Shown one piece after another: positions 49,083 through 57,992 of a stretch of 64,000 nt of DNA; the stretch's first letter is position 1; each line of letters starts with the position of its first letter. The notes under the pieces are model-generated. The model had not been told where the DNA came from. It saw nothing but the letters and a program-made list of their open reading frames with translations, and made no database searches. This DNA is from Christensenellales bacterium. Lineage in GTDB: Bacteria > Bacillota > Clostridia > Christensenellales > UBA1242. Location of the stretch: the NCBI GenBank assembly GCA_051889995.1, contig JBJFDL010000001.1, positions 24,393 through 88,392 on the forward strand, read 5' to 3'. The translations under genes and the position numbers were made by a program.

Positions 49083-50783
49083 ATGATAGAGCAAAAAATT
49101 GAAAAAATTATAAATGAAACAATTAAATCGATATATAATGAAGAATTTGTTTCAAAAGTTCACTTATCCAATCTTACAGATATTGCTGATTATCAATGTG
49201 ATGATTGTTTTGCTTTAGCAAAAATATTCCACAAATCACCAATGATGATTGCTGAAGAAATTGTTGCTAAAATTAGTGCAAACTCTAACTTTGAAGATTA
49301 TTTTGAAAAAATTGAAAGTAAAAATGGCTTCATAAATTTTGTATTGTCAAATGAATTTATTAAAAATAGTTTAATTGAAATTGTAGAAAGTGAAAAATTA
49401 GGAGTAACTCAAACTAAAACTCCTGAAATATATTTTTTAGACTATGGTGGACCGAACTGTGCAAAACCTTTGCACGTTGGACATTTAAGAAGTCCAATTA
49501 TTGGAGAATCTGTTAAAAGAATTATAAATTTTAGTGGAAATAAAACTCTTTGTGATGTTCACTTGGGAGATTTTGGCTTGCAAATTGGCGAAGTTATCTA
49601 TGGTTTAAAAGAAAGAAATATACCATTAAACGAAATTTCGCTAGATTTATTAAATGAAATATATCCTAATATGAGTGCAAGAATTAAAGAGGATGAAAAT
49701 CTTGCAAATATTTGTGCTGAAATAACAAAACAACTTCAAGAAGGAAATGAAGAATATTATAAATATTTTAAAATAATTCGTGATATATCAGTTAATGATA
49801 TTAAACGAATTTATGACTATATGGATGTTCACTTTGATTTATGGATGGGCGAAAGTGACTCATACAAAGATATTTCATCATTAACAGAACTTTTAAATAA
49901 AAAAGGATTGTTACTAGATAGTCAGGGAGCTAGAGTAATTGATATTTCAAAACCTGACGACAAAAAGGAATTGCCACCGTTAATTTATCAAAAGTCAAAT
50001 GGTGCATATTTGTATGGAACAACAGATTTAGCATCAGTTTATCAACGAGTTAGAGATTATAATCCAGACCATATTCTTTATTTTGCAGATAATAGACAAG
50101 CATTGCATTATACTCAGTTTTTTAGAGCAAGTAGTAAAGCAGAATTAATAAATGAAGATAACTTAGAGTTCTATGGTTTTGGAACAGTAAATGGTCTTGA
50201 TGGAAAACCATATAAAACAAGGGAAGGTAAAACTCCTAAACTTGATGAATTGTTTAAACAAGTTAAAGAAATTTTAAGTAAAAATAGAGAAATGGATTTG
50301 GAAAAACCAGAAGATTTTGATAAAATTGTAAATTCTGTAATTAAATTTGCTGATTTGCAAAACAATACTGAAAATAGTTATATATTTGATTTGGAGAAAT
50401 TTTCAAAGACGGAAGGTAAAACTGGACCCTATATGCTTTATTCGTATGTTCGTTTAAACAAAGTATTTAAAAAATTTGAAGAACAAATAGAACCAAAGTT
50501 AGACGCTAAAAACAAGAACAAAGTTGAGAGGGAAGTTAAACTAAAAATTTTAGATTTCACAAGAGTTTTTGAAAAAGCATTTAATGAAAGAAAACCAAGT
50601 ATTCTTGCCGAATATGCTTACGATTTGTCAACAAAATTAAATTCTTTCTATGAAACAAATCGTTTTAGCGATGAAAAAAATCAAGAATATTTGCCTTCTT
50701 GGTTGTATTTAGTTAAGGCATCATTAAAAGTTCTTAAAGAAATATTGAATATGCTAGTTATATCAATTCCTGAAAAAATGTAA
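49083..50783 (+). CDS. argS: arginine--tRNA ligase
   Basis: PNCAKPLHVGHLR, HLGDFG, KTREG, GPY..Y, IPEKM. Confidence 0.96.
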   Translation: MIEQKIEKIINETIKSIYNEEFVSKVHLSNLTDIADYQCDDCFALAKIFHKSPMMIAEEIVAKISANSNFEDYFEKIESKNGFINFVLSNEFIKNSLIEIVESEKLGVTQTKTPEIYFLDYGGPNCAKPLHVGHLRSPIIGESVKRIINFSGNKTLCDVHLGDFGLQIGEVIYGLKERNIPLNEISLDLLNEIYPNMSARIKEDENLANICAEITKQLQEGNEEYYKYFKIIRDISVNDIKRIYDYMDVHFDLWMGESDSYKDISSLTELLNKKGLLLDSQGARVIDISKPDDKKELPPLIYQKSNGAYLYGTTDLASVYQRVRDYNPDHILYFADNRQALHYTQFFRASSKAELINEDNLEFYGFGTVNGLDGKPYKTREGKTPKLDELFKQVKEILSKNREMDLEKPEDFDKIVNSVIKFADLQNNTENSYIFDLEKFSKTEGKTGPYMLYSYVRLNKVFKKFEEQIEPKLDAKNKNKVEREVKLKILDFTRVFEKAFNERKPSILAEYAYDLSTKLNSFYETNRFSDEKNQEYLPSWLYLVKASLKVLKEILNMLVISIPEKM

Positions 50784-50788
50784 AACTT

Positions 50789-50825
50789 AAAATACTATCT
50801 TCAAAACATAAAGATAGTATTTTTT
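50789..50825 (+). terminator. intrinsic terminator after argS
   Basis: AAAATACTATCTT-loop-AAGATAGTATTTT + T tract. Confidence 0.75.
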
Positions 50826-50968
50826 ATTTAATAAAATTTGTTTAAAAAATTAAATTTAAATAAATAATCTGTTGACATTAAAAAAAAGATGTGTTAAACT
50901 ATTTAGCGTTATAAAAATGCATTTATGGTAGAATTTTATAACAACTCTTTTAAAAAATTACAAAAATT

Positions 50969-51044
50969 GGGTCATTAGCTCAGTTGGTAGAGCACCTGAC
51001 TCTTAATCAGGGTGTCCGGGGTTCGAGCCCCCGATGACCCACCA
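50969..51044 (+). tRNA. tRNA-Lys(CTT)
   Basis: GGGTCAT acceptor stem, CT-CTT-AA loop, GGTTCGAGCCC, CCA. Confidence 0.97.
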
Positions 51045-51208
51045 AGTGTGTTGTAAGAAAAGTCTTATTTTCTTACAGCTTAATAAAAGTCGCAGAAATG
51101 CCCATAAATAAAGGGTTTCTGCGATTTTTTGTTTTGTGAGAATTTTGAAAAAATGTTGGTTTTGAGAGTTTTAGGTCTTATTTGTGAGACCGTCAGGAGT
51201 CTAAAAAT

Positions 51209-51301
51209 TTTGATTTTTATGAAAATTTGGAAAAAATCAAAACTTGTCGCAAAATCAAAATAAAAAATCAAACAATCAAACTGAAAATCAAAATAATCAA
51301 A
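51209..51301. repeat. cluster of AATCAAA heptamers
   Basis: direct copies at 51235, 51253, 51266, 51274, 51286, 51295; inverted TTTGATT at 51209. Confidence 0.75.
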
Positions 51302-51321
51302 ACTCACAGGTGGAGGGTAGA

Positions 51322-51561
51322 TTAAAAATCAATGTTTTGTAATTGAAATATTGGATTATCAAAAAATCCAGAAACAGTTAAGTTTAACGCATCAATAATT
51401 TGAAATAGAGTTTTTAGATTGTAGGCATTGTAATGATTGTTAAGCAAGGACTTCATTGTGCTATGGCTTACACATGAAAGTTGCTCTAGTTTATAGATAG
51501 TCAGATTTCTTTGCTTTAATAGTTCACGAATACGAGTAGATACACATTCACTGATAGACAT
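51322..51561 (-). CDS. XRE-family HTH transcriptional regulator
   Basis: RIRELLKQRNLTIYKL..VSHSTM..LKTL..I..AL..TV..FF; GAGGTG RBS supports start 51561. Confidence 0.88.
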   Translation of the reverse strand: MSISECVSTRIRELLKQRNLTIYKLEQLSCVSHSTMKSLLNNHYNAYNLKTLFQIIDALNLTVSGFFDNPIFQLQNIDF

Positions 51562-51748
51562 AATTTCACCTCTATAATAGTTTATCAATGAAAGGTATTT
51601 CAAAGGTAGTTTAATCAAATGTTTTGTAGGACTATTTTTATTTTATGTGCCAATAAAAAAGGTCAACCTTAAAATGCACTTTGCAAATGCTTCGAGGTTG
51701 ACTTTTTATTTTTAGCACTATTTCTTTACAATTAAGCCCTGCAAAAAA

Positions 51749-51991
51749 TTATTCCACGATTAAATCTTCGCTTTCAAATATTGGGTGTGAGAAAAATTCG
51801 CCAACGGTCATACCAAAGGCACGAATGATTAAAACGACAGTTGTCAGATTACAACTTTTATATTTACCATTCAAAAATGATTTCATAGTGCTGTGGCTGA
51901 TGCCAGCATTTTGTTCTAAACGATATTGAGTCATCTTGCGTTCTTCTAATATTCCACGAACTCTTATCGCAACTGCTTCATTTAATGTCAT
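51749..51991 (-). CDS. XRE-family HTH transcriptional regulator (paralogue of previous)
   Basis: RVRGILEERKMTQYRLEQ..ISHSTMKS..NLTT..MTVGEFF. Confidence 0.9.
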   Translation of the reverse strand: MTLNEAVAIRVRGILEERKMTQYRLEQNAGISHSTMKSFLNGKYKSCNLTTVVLIIRAFGMTVGEFFSHPIFESEDLIVE

Positions 51992-52145
51992 ACTTACCTG
52001 CCTTTTAAATAATTATGGGTATTTTTATTTAGGTATATTATAACACCCTTTATTTACAAAATTATGGCTTAAAAATACCCAAAAGTTTGGATTTTACATT
52101 ATTTTGTGCTAAAATGGATGTAATAATACCCAAAGGAGATAATAT

Positions 52146-52718
52146 ATGTGTTTTAAGAAAAAAACAATGCTTGATATTGTTAAGGAGTGTGAAAAGATAA
52201 ATCAAATATTAAAATATGAAACAGTTTGCTTTACTGGACATCGAAGTCAAAAGCTTCCTTGGGGCTATAACGCAAATGATGAAAGATGCATTCAAATGAG
52301 AGAAACAGCAAGAGAAAAAATAGAATTTGCAATCGCTAATGGATACAAAAATTTTATTTCAGGTATGGCACTTGGCTTTGATATGATGAGTGCCGAACTT
52401 GTGTTGGAACTAAAAAAGACCTATCCATACATAAAATTGATATGTGCACTGCCATGTAAAAACCAATACAAAAAATGGAGTAACAAGCAAAAACAAAGGT
52501 ATAATAATATTCTAAAACAAGCCGATATTGTTAGATATGTATCCGAAGAATATACTGATACTTGTATGCTGGAGAGAAACGATTATATGCTAAACAATTC
52601 ATCTTTAGTTATTGCACTATATAATGGCAAAGGTGGTGGAACTGGTTATACAATTAAAAAAGCAAAAGAAAAAGGATTAAAAATTGAGATAATTGATTTG
52701 AATTTAATTAAAATTTAG
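52146..52718 (+). CDS. SLOG family protein (YspA/DUF1273-like)
   Basis: CFTGHR, ISGMALGFD, ERNDYM, GGGTGYT. Confidence 0.88.
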   Translation: MCFKKKTMLDIVKECEKINQILKYETVCFTGHRSQKLPWGYNANDERCIQMRETAREKIEFAIANGYKNFISGMALGFDMMSAELVLELKKTYPYIKLICALPCKNQYKKWSNKQKQRYNNILKQADIVRYVSEEYTDTCMLERNDYMLNNSSLVIALYNGKGGGTGYTIKKAKEKGLKIEIIDLNLIKI

Positions 52719-52847
52719 ATTAAAAAATTATAATTTTAATAAATAAATTATCGGTATACTAATAATTATCACAATAATCTTTTTGAAAAGTATTGATTTT
52801 TAATTAATTTTATGCTATATTTTGACAATTAACTAAGGAGAAAGTTT

Positions 52848-53807
52848 ATGAATTCAATGTTTCAAGATAACTTAAAGAAATTAACTAAGCAATATACACA
52901 ACAATATATTGCTGACAAAACAGGCTTTTCTCAATCTAGTATTAATAATTATTTAACGAAAAATAGCGAACCGTCTATACAATTCCTAATTGCTCTTAAG
53001 GATGCTTTTGGGATAAGTGTGGACGATTTTTTGTTTTCAGATTTTTCAGTGAACGAAAGAAAGTCGCACGACAAGTATATAGGTAACTATTTAATATATT
53101 ACTATAATAATGATTCGTATAAAGGTGAAGTTCATACAAATTTAAAGAATACTTTAAAATATGGAGTTTTGAGTATTTACAAAGATAAGGAGTTTGATAA
53201 GTCGGTTCAAGTAAAAGCTGTATTTACGAAAGATAGGGTAGAGGCGGTAAAGTTATTAAAAAATCTTAATGTAAATCAAACTAAAATATTTTCCATATAT
53301 AAAGAAATGAATAGTGTATATAATGGTGATATATCAACAAGTGAACAAAGTATTTTTATAGACCTTGCTAATACTGATAATGGAGATAAAAGTTTCATTA
53401 TTCTCAATAATCCACCAACTCAACAAAACTATGTTGGTGGTGTTGGAACAGTTAATTCTATCGCAAGAGGAAGAGAACATAATCCTTGTATTCAATTCAT
53501 AATCGTTTCTAAAAAGTTAATAGATGTGCCAGATGGTGAATTATATGATTTATTGAAATTTGATGATTTTAGTGTAAATATGGACTTTGCTATAAAAGAT
53601 ATAATAGATTTGTTTAAGAGATTATACGCTGAAAAGAATGAGATTTCCATTGAATTAACGGATAACCAAAAACAAGCCATTGTAAGAAATAAGTTGGAGT
53701 ATCATTTTAATGAAATATTAGAAGCCAATGCTTTTAGGTTCGCAAAAGTATCCAACAAAGAAGACGATGCTGTATATAAACTTATTAGGGAGGGTATAGA
53801 TGTTTGA
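52848..53807 (+). CDS. XRE-HTH regulator with uncharacterised C-terminal domain
   Basis: TQQYIADKTGFSQSSINNY..EPS..L..AFGISVDD, then ~250 aa unknown region. Confidence 0.75.
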   Translation: MNSMFQDNLKKLTKQYTQQYIADKTGFSQSSINNYLTKNSEPSIQFLIALKDAFGISVDDFLFSDFSVNERKSHDKYIGNYLIYYYNNDSYKGEVHTNLKNTLKYGVLSIYKDKEFDKSVQVKAVFTKDRVEAVKLLKNLNVNQTKIFSIYKEMNSVYNGDISTSEQSIFIDLANTDNGDKSFIILNNPPTQQNYVGGVGTVNSIARGREHNPCIQFIIVSKKLIDVPDGELYDLLKFDDFSVNMDFAIKDIIDLFKRLYAEKNEISIELTDNQKQAIVRNKLEYHFNEILEANAFRFAKVSNKEDDAVYKLIREGIDV

Positions 53808-55227
53808 TGCAATAGATAAGCGATTTGAATGTGTAATTGAAGTTGCAAAATCTAACGACCTTCCATTAGAAATTATTAAAAAGGCATATAACAAAGCAAA
53901 AGATTTGCATAAAGACCAAAAGAGAAAAGACGGGACACCATATTTAACTCATCCAGTTGAGGTTGCATTGATTTTAGCAAAATTAGATTTTGATGAAAAT
54001 GTAATTGCTGGAGCACTATTGCACGATACAATTGAAGATTGTGAATACATGCCAGAAGAAATGAAGAAAGATTTCAACGAAACAATTTTCAAATTGGTTG
54101 ATTGTGTAAGTGCCATTGATAAAACAAAATACATCTTTGATAAAGAGAACTTATATGAAGATGAAAATTTTGTTAAATCTTCTGCCGAAGAACAAACCTT
54201 TAAAAAATTAATTACGCTGGGCAAAAAAAGTCCGAGTGGGTTTGCGATAAAATTTGCGGATAGACTGCATAATTTAAGAACGATAGAAACTTTTGCATAT
54301 CCAAAGCAACTCGAAAAAGTTAGAGAAACTGAAAAATGGGTGCTACCAATAGCAAAAGCACTGAAAAGCGAGTATTTCTATAGAGCAATAAATAATGAGT
54401 GCTTTAAGATTGTAAATAGATATAATGTTGAACACTTTTTAGAGCATTATAAGATTTATCATAATTCAAATCAAAAAAATATAGACAATTTAAATTTTCG
54501 ATTGAAAGAGATATTTGCAAATTCATCAATCAAAGCCATAAAGGTTAAAGACATACGAGAATATAAGGTTTATGAGGATTTAACAAGGCTTTATAAAAAA
54601 GTTGATTTAACCAGAATTTCACAAGGACAGATTTTAAAAGTCGCAAATTATAACATCTTTTTAATTTACGAAAATGTATCGCATAAAAATGCTGTTGGAC
54701 AAGTAATATCATTGTTGCAAAGCAAAACAAAATTAAGAATAATAGACACAAAAATTGGTGGATTTACTGGCAAAATGTATTTGCAAGTTGAAGATGAATT
54801 CAAAAACAAATATAACATTTATGTGGTAACCGAAAGTGAATATGCGTTAATAAAAGTTGGTTCAATGGATGGGCAAAATCTAGATAAAATAGATGAAGAA
54901 AATATTAACGAACTAGATTCTGAGTATATAAGGGTAAAAACACGGTCTAGCGAAACTAAATATATTTCAAAGGGAAGTACTGTTCTCGACTTCGCATTTA
55001 AAATACATAGAGATATAGGATTTGCTTTTAAGTATGCAATAGTCAATGATAGTAAAACAAAACTTCCCCCATATACCAAATTAAATGATGGCGATAAGGT
55101 GGAAATAATAACAGACAAAGATGTAAATGGAAACTTAAAAAACAATGCTCAATTAAAATGGTTTGCATATGTAAATACAGAACTAGCAAAAAGAGTATTG
55201 ATAAAATGGATGGAAAAATATAATTAG
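53800..55227 (+). CDS. RelA/SpoT-like HD hydrolase with degenerate synthetase region and TGS domain
   Basis: HKDQKRKDGTPYLTHP, ALLHDTIED, IKFADRLHNLRT; TVLDFAFKIHRDIG..AIVN..LNDGDKVEIIT. Confidence 0.85.
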   Translation: MFDAIDKRFECVIEVAKSNDLPLEIIKKAYNKAKDLHKDQKRKDGTPYLTHPVEVALILAKLDFDENVIAGALLHDTIEDCEYMPEEMKKDFNETIFKLVDCVSAIDKTKYIFDKENLYEDENFVKSSAEEQTFKKLITLGKKSPSGFAIKFADRLHNLRTIETFAYPKQLEKVRETEKWVLPIAKALKSEYFYRAINNECFKIVNRYNVEHFLEHYKIYHNSNQKNIDNLNFRLKEIFANSSIKAIKVKDIREYKVYEDLTRLYKKVDLTRISQGQILKVANYNIFLIYENVSHKNAVGQVISLLQSKTKLRIIDTKIGGFTGKMYLQVEDEFKNKYNIYVVTESEYALIKVGSMDGQNLDKIDEENINELDSEYIRVKTRSSETKYISKGSTVLDFAFKIHRDIGFAFKYAIVNDSKTKLPPYTKLNDGDKVEIITDKDVNGNLKNNAQLKWFAYVNTELAKRVLIKWMEKYN

Positions 55228-55235
55228 GAGGGAAT

Positions 55236-56699
55236 ATGTTTTTAAGTAAAGAAAATGAGCATGAATGCAAAGAAATTTTTAAAAAAATAATTGATAAGGC
55301 TGTAGAGAAAAAAATTAGCAACAAGTTTATGGAAAAAAGTTTTAATATGGACCAGTTGACAAAACTTTTAGAGGTCCCAAGCGAAGGACAGGAAATTAAT
55401 TCATTAATTAATTATTTTGCAGAAGACATTGTTCCATATTGTTCTAATTTTAGTAGCTCAAAGTTTATGAGCTTTCCAGATGCCGGTAATTCTGTTGCGG
55501 GTTTGTCAGGTGCTATTTTTGCTGACTTCTTACAACAGAATTTAATAAATTCTTCTTTTTGTGCACCAATTGCGACATATATGGAAATTTCAGTTATTCA
55601 TTGGTTACGCAAAGTTGTTGGGTATGATAGTAAGGAGATAAATAATATTTGGGATGTCGGTGGAATTATAACTTATGGAGGAACAGGTAGTAATACGACT
55701 GCTATGATGTTGGCTCGTGAAAATCATAGACTAAACACTATGAAACATGGAGTTGAGTCCCCCAAAGATTATATTACAATAATTCCTAAAGGGATTGGGC
55801 ATTACAGTATACGTAGTGCATCAATGTGGCTTGGGCTTGGTGACAATATCATTGAGGTTGAAACTAATAATTTTAAATACAATTTAGAAGCGTTACGTGA
55901 AACTATTAGACAGTACAAGGGTAGAATTATGTGCGTCGTTGCTTATGTTGGAGATAGTAGGACGATGACTATCGATAATTTAGAAGAAATCTATAATATT
56001 GTAAAGCAAGAAGATGAACATATTTGGCTTCATGCGGATGCTTGCCATGGGTTTTCACTTGGTTTTAGCAATAAACATAAAGGCAAGATCAAGGGTATCG
56101 AAAAATTTGACAGCATTTCTACAGATCCGCACAAGGTTTTGGATTTACCATATTGCTTAAGTGCATTATTGGTTAAAAAGCCTGAAATGTTTAAAATGAT
56201 TACATCTACATCCGATTTAATAATGCAGGAAGATTTTGCGTTTGGGCAGATTACTCCTTTTATAGGATCTAAAAGTTGGGTGTCATTAAAATTATGGTTT
56301 GTTATGAAAAACTTGGGCATTAATGGAATAGAGAAGATGATAGATAATAGGCTGGAAATGGCACAATTATTAAAAATGAAAATAGAACAGGATGAAAATT
56401 TTGTACTTGTTAATAATGTTGATATAAATTCAGTAGTGTTTATGTATGCTCCCAAAGATATAAGATGTGATGTGGAAAAGGTGAATAATATAAATAAAAA
56501 AATACATGACATAATGGCTAAAGAAGGACTCTATCACTTGCATCAATTTTCGTTAGAAGATAATAGAGGGGTATTAAAGCAAGGTGTGATTTTATATCCA
56601 CTAAGGTATATGTCGGGCAATCCTAATATTAATGAACAAGACTTGAATAGTATGTTAGAATATGTAAAAAAGATAGGGGTACAAGTGGTAAATGAATAG
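55236..56699 (+). CDS. group II PLP-dependent amino acid decarboxylase
   Basis: YGGTGSN, HYSI, WLHADACHG, DSISTDPHK (PLP lysine), LKLW. Confidence 0.9.
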   Translation: MFLSKENEHECKEIFKKIIDKAVEKKISNKFMEKSFNMDQLTKLLEVPSEGQEINSLINYFAEDIVPYCSNFSSSKFMSFPDAGNSVAGLSGAIFADFLQQNLINSSFCAPIATYMEISVIHWLRKVVGYDSKEINNIWDVGGIITYGGTGSNTTAMMLARENHRLNTMKHGVESPKDYITIIPKGIGHYSIRSASMWLGLGDNIIEVETNNFKYNLEALRETIRQYKGRIMCVVAYVGDSRTMTIDNLEEIYNIVKQEDEHIWLHADACHGFSLGFSNKHKGKIKGIEKFDSISTDPHKVLDLPYCLSALLVKKPEMFKMITSTSDLIMQEDFAFGQITPFIGSKSWVSLKLWFVMKNLGINGIEKMIDNRLEMAQLLKMKIEQDENFVLVNNVDINSVVFMYAPKDIRCDVEKVNNINKKIHDIMAKEGLYHLHQFSLEDNRGVLKQGVILYPLRYMSGNPNINEQDLNSMLEYVKKIGVQVVNE

Positions 56700-57357
56700 T
56701 TTGTGTAAAAATTATTACAAGATGATAATGTCAAATTTTAATGAGTATAATCCAATCATCATATATTATGGCTCAAATATATATAATGAAAGTTGTAGTG
56801 ATTTGGATATATGTTTAATTTTTGAAAGTGTACTAAATGATGACGTCTCTGAAAAGTTGATCGAAAAAACTAAAGGCTTCCAAAAAGATAATGGGCTTAA
56901 GATAGATGAAGAGATACCATTTACCAATAAATTAGTGTATACAATTGACGAGATTGAAGATATATTTATTAATTCTCCATTTATGGAAAATGGTATGTAC
57001 AAGTTAGATGATATAGTTAAGACGAAAGATTTCTTGTCGTCAAATATTATGAAAAAGAGATTAATGTTAAATATTTTGACTACAGACCATAAAGTGTTAA
57101 ATGATAAAAATAAGAAGATTCGAAGATATGAAAGAAAAGCGTGGATGGAAATTCTGTCTATGTTGAAGAATGTGTTCGGTACAAATTTATTGGATATTGA
57201 TCAAGTGTTGGATAATATGTATGTTAATCCTAAAACGCATTATGGTGGTGAGATGCATTTAGGATACAAATTAGCAAACCCTAAAAAGAAAAGATATTTA
57301 AAGAGACAAGTTAAACGAAATTGTAAGATTTTTATAAAATGTATTGACAAACAATAA
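56692..57357 (+). CDS. putative Pol-beta superfamily nucleotidyltransferase
   Basis: IIYYGS...SDLDICL (hG[GS]..DxD signature) at N-terminus. Confidence 0.6.
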   Translation: MNSLCKNYYKMIMSNFNEYNPIIIYYGSNIYNESCSDLDICLIFESVLNDDVSEKLIEKTKGFQKDNGLKIDEEIPFTNKLVYTIDEIEDIFINSPFMENGMYKLDDIVKTKDFLSSNIMKKRLMLNILTTDHKVLNDKNKKIRRYERKAWMEILSMLKNVFGTNLLDIDQVLDNMYVNPKTHYGGEMHLGYKLANPKKKRYLKRQVKRNCKIFIKCIDKQ

Positions 57358-57380
57358 AAAATATCTTACACTTAAAAAGT

Positions 57381-57992
57381 ATGAATATAGCATTGGATTT
57401 GGATGATACTATCTGCGATACTGCGTCAGTGATAATGGAAAAGGCTATTGAATTTCATAAAACAGTATTGCACAGAGAAGTGAACTTAATTGATGTCAAT
57501 GACTGTGAAGATTATTTTTATTTTGCACATAGTCTTGGCTGGGAAAATGATGAGGTGCGTAACTTTTTTAGTTGGTGTTATCCTTATTATTTGAAAGAGG
57601 TGACGGTACTGGATGGTGTAAGTGCTGTGTTGAGAGAATTGCATGATTTGGGTTGTAAAATACATATCGTTACCGCTAGATATTCAAGTGATAAAGAAGA
57701 TGTCGTCGCTTTGACGAGAGCTTGGCTAGATGCAAATAAGGTAGTTTATGATACTTTAGATATTGGGCAACATACCAAGATCGATGCAGTAAAAAAGTAT
57801 AGATGCGAAGTATTTGTTGATGATTCATTTAAGAATTGTTGCGAAATTGAAAAATGCTGTCCAGTAAAATTGGTTATGTTAATGTCTTCAAAATACAACG
57901 AAAATTTAAAAAATGAAAAGATCATAAAAATAGATAATTGGAATCAACTAAAGAATAATGTATTAAAATTAAAGGGAGAAATTTATGAATAA
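57381..57992 (+). CDS. HAD-superfamily 5'(3')-nucleotidase (NT5C-like)
   Basis: IALDLDDTI, IVTAR, K, FVDDS motifs I-IV. Confidence 0.82.
   Translation: MNIALDLDDTICDTASVIMEKAIEFHKTVLHREVNLIDVNDCEDYFYFAHSLGWENDEVRNFFSWCYPYYLKEVTVLDGVSAVLRELHDLGCKIHIVTARYSSDKEDVVALTRAWLDANKVVYDTLDIGQHTKIDAVKKYRCEVFVDDSFKNCCEIEKCCPVKLVMLMSSKYNENLKNEKIIKIDNWNQLKNNVLKLKGEIYE

Noticed and set aside
51235..51301. possible CRISPR array
   Set aside because: Repeats are 7 bp with irregular short spacing; no 25-40 bp repeat/spacer pattern and no cas genes anywhere in the window.
51080..51307. 75 aa Phe/Asp-rich minus-strand ORF
   Set aside because: Produced by the AATCAAA repeats and hairpin DNA; no recognisable protein features.
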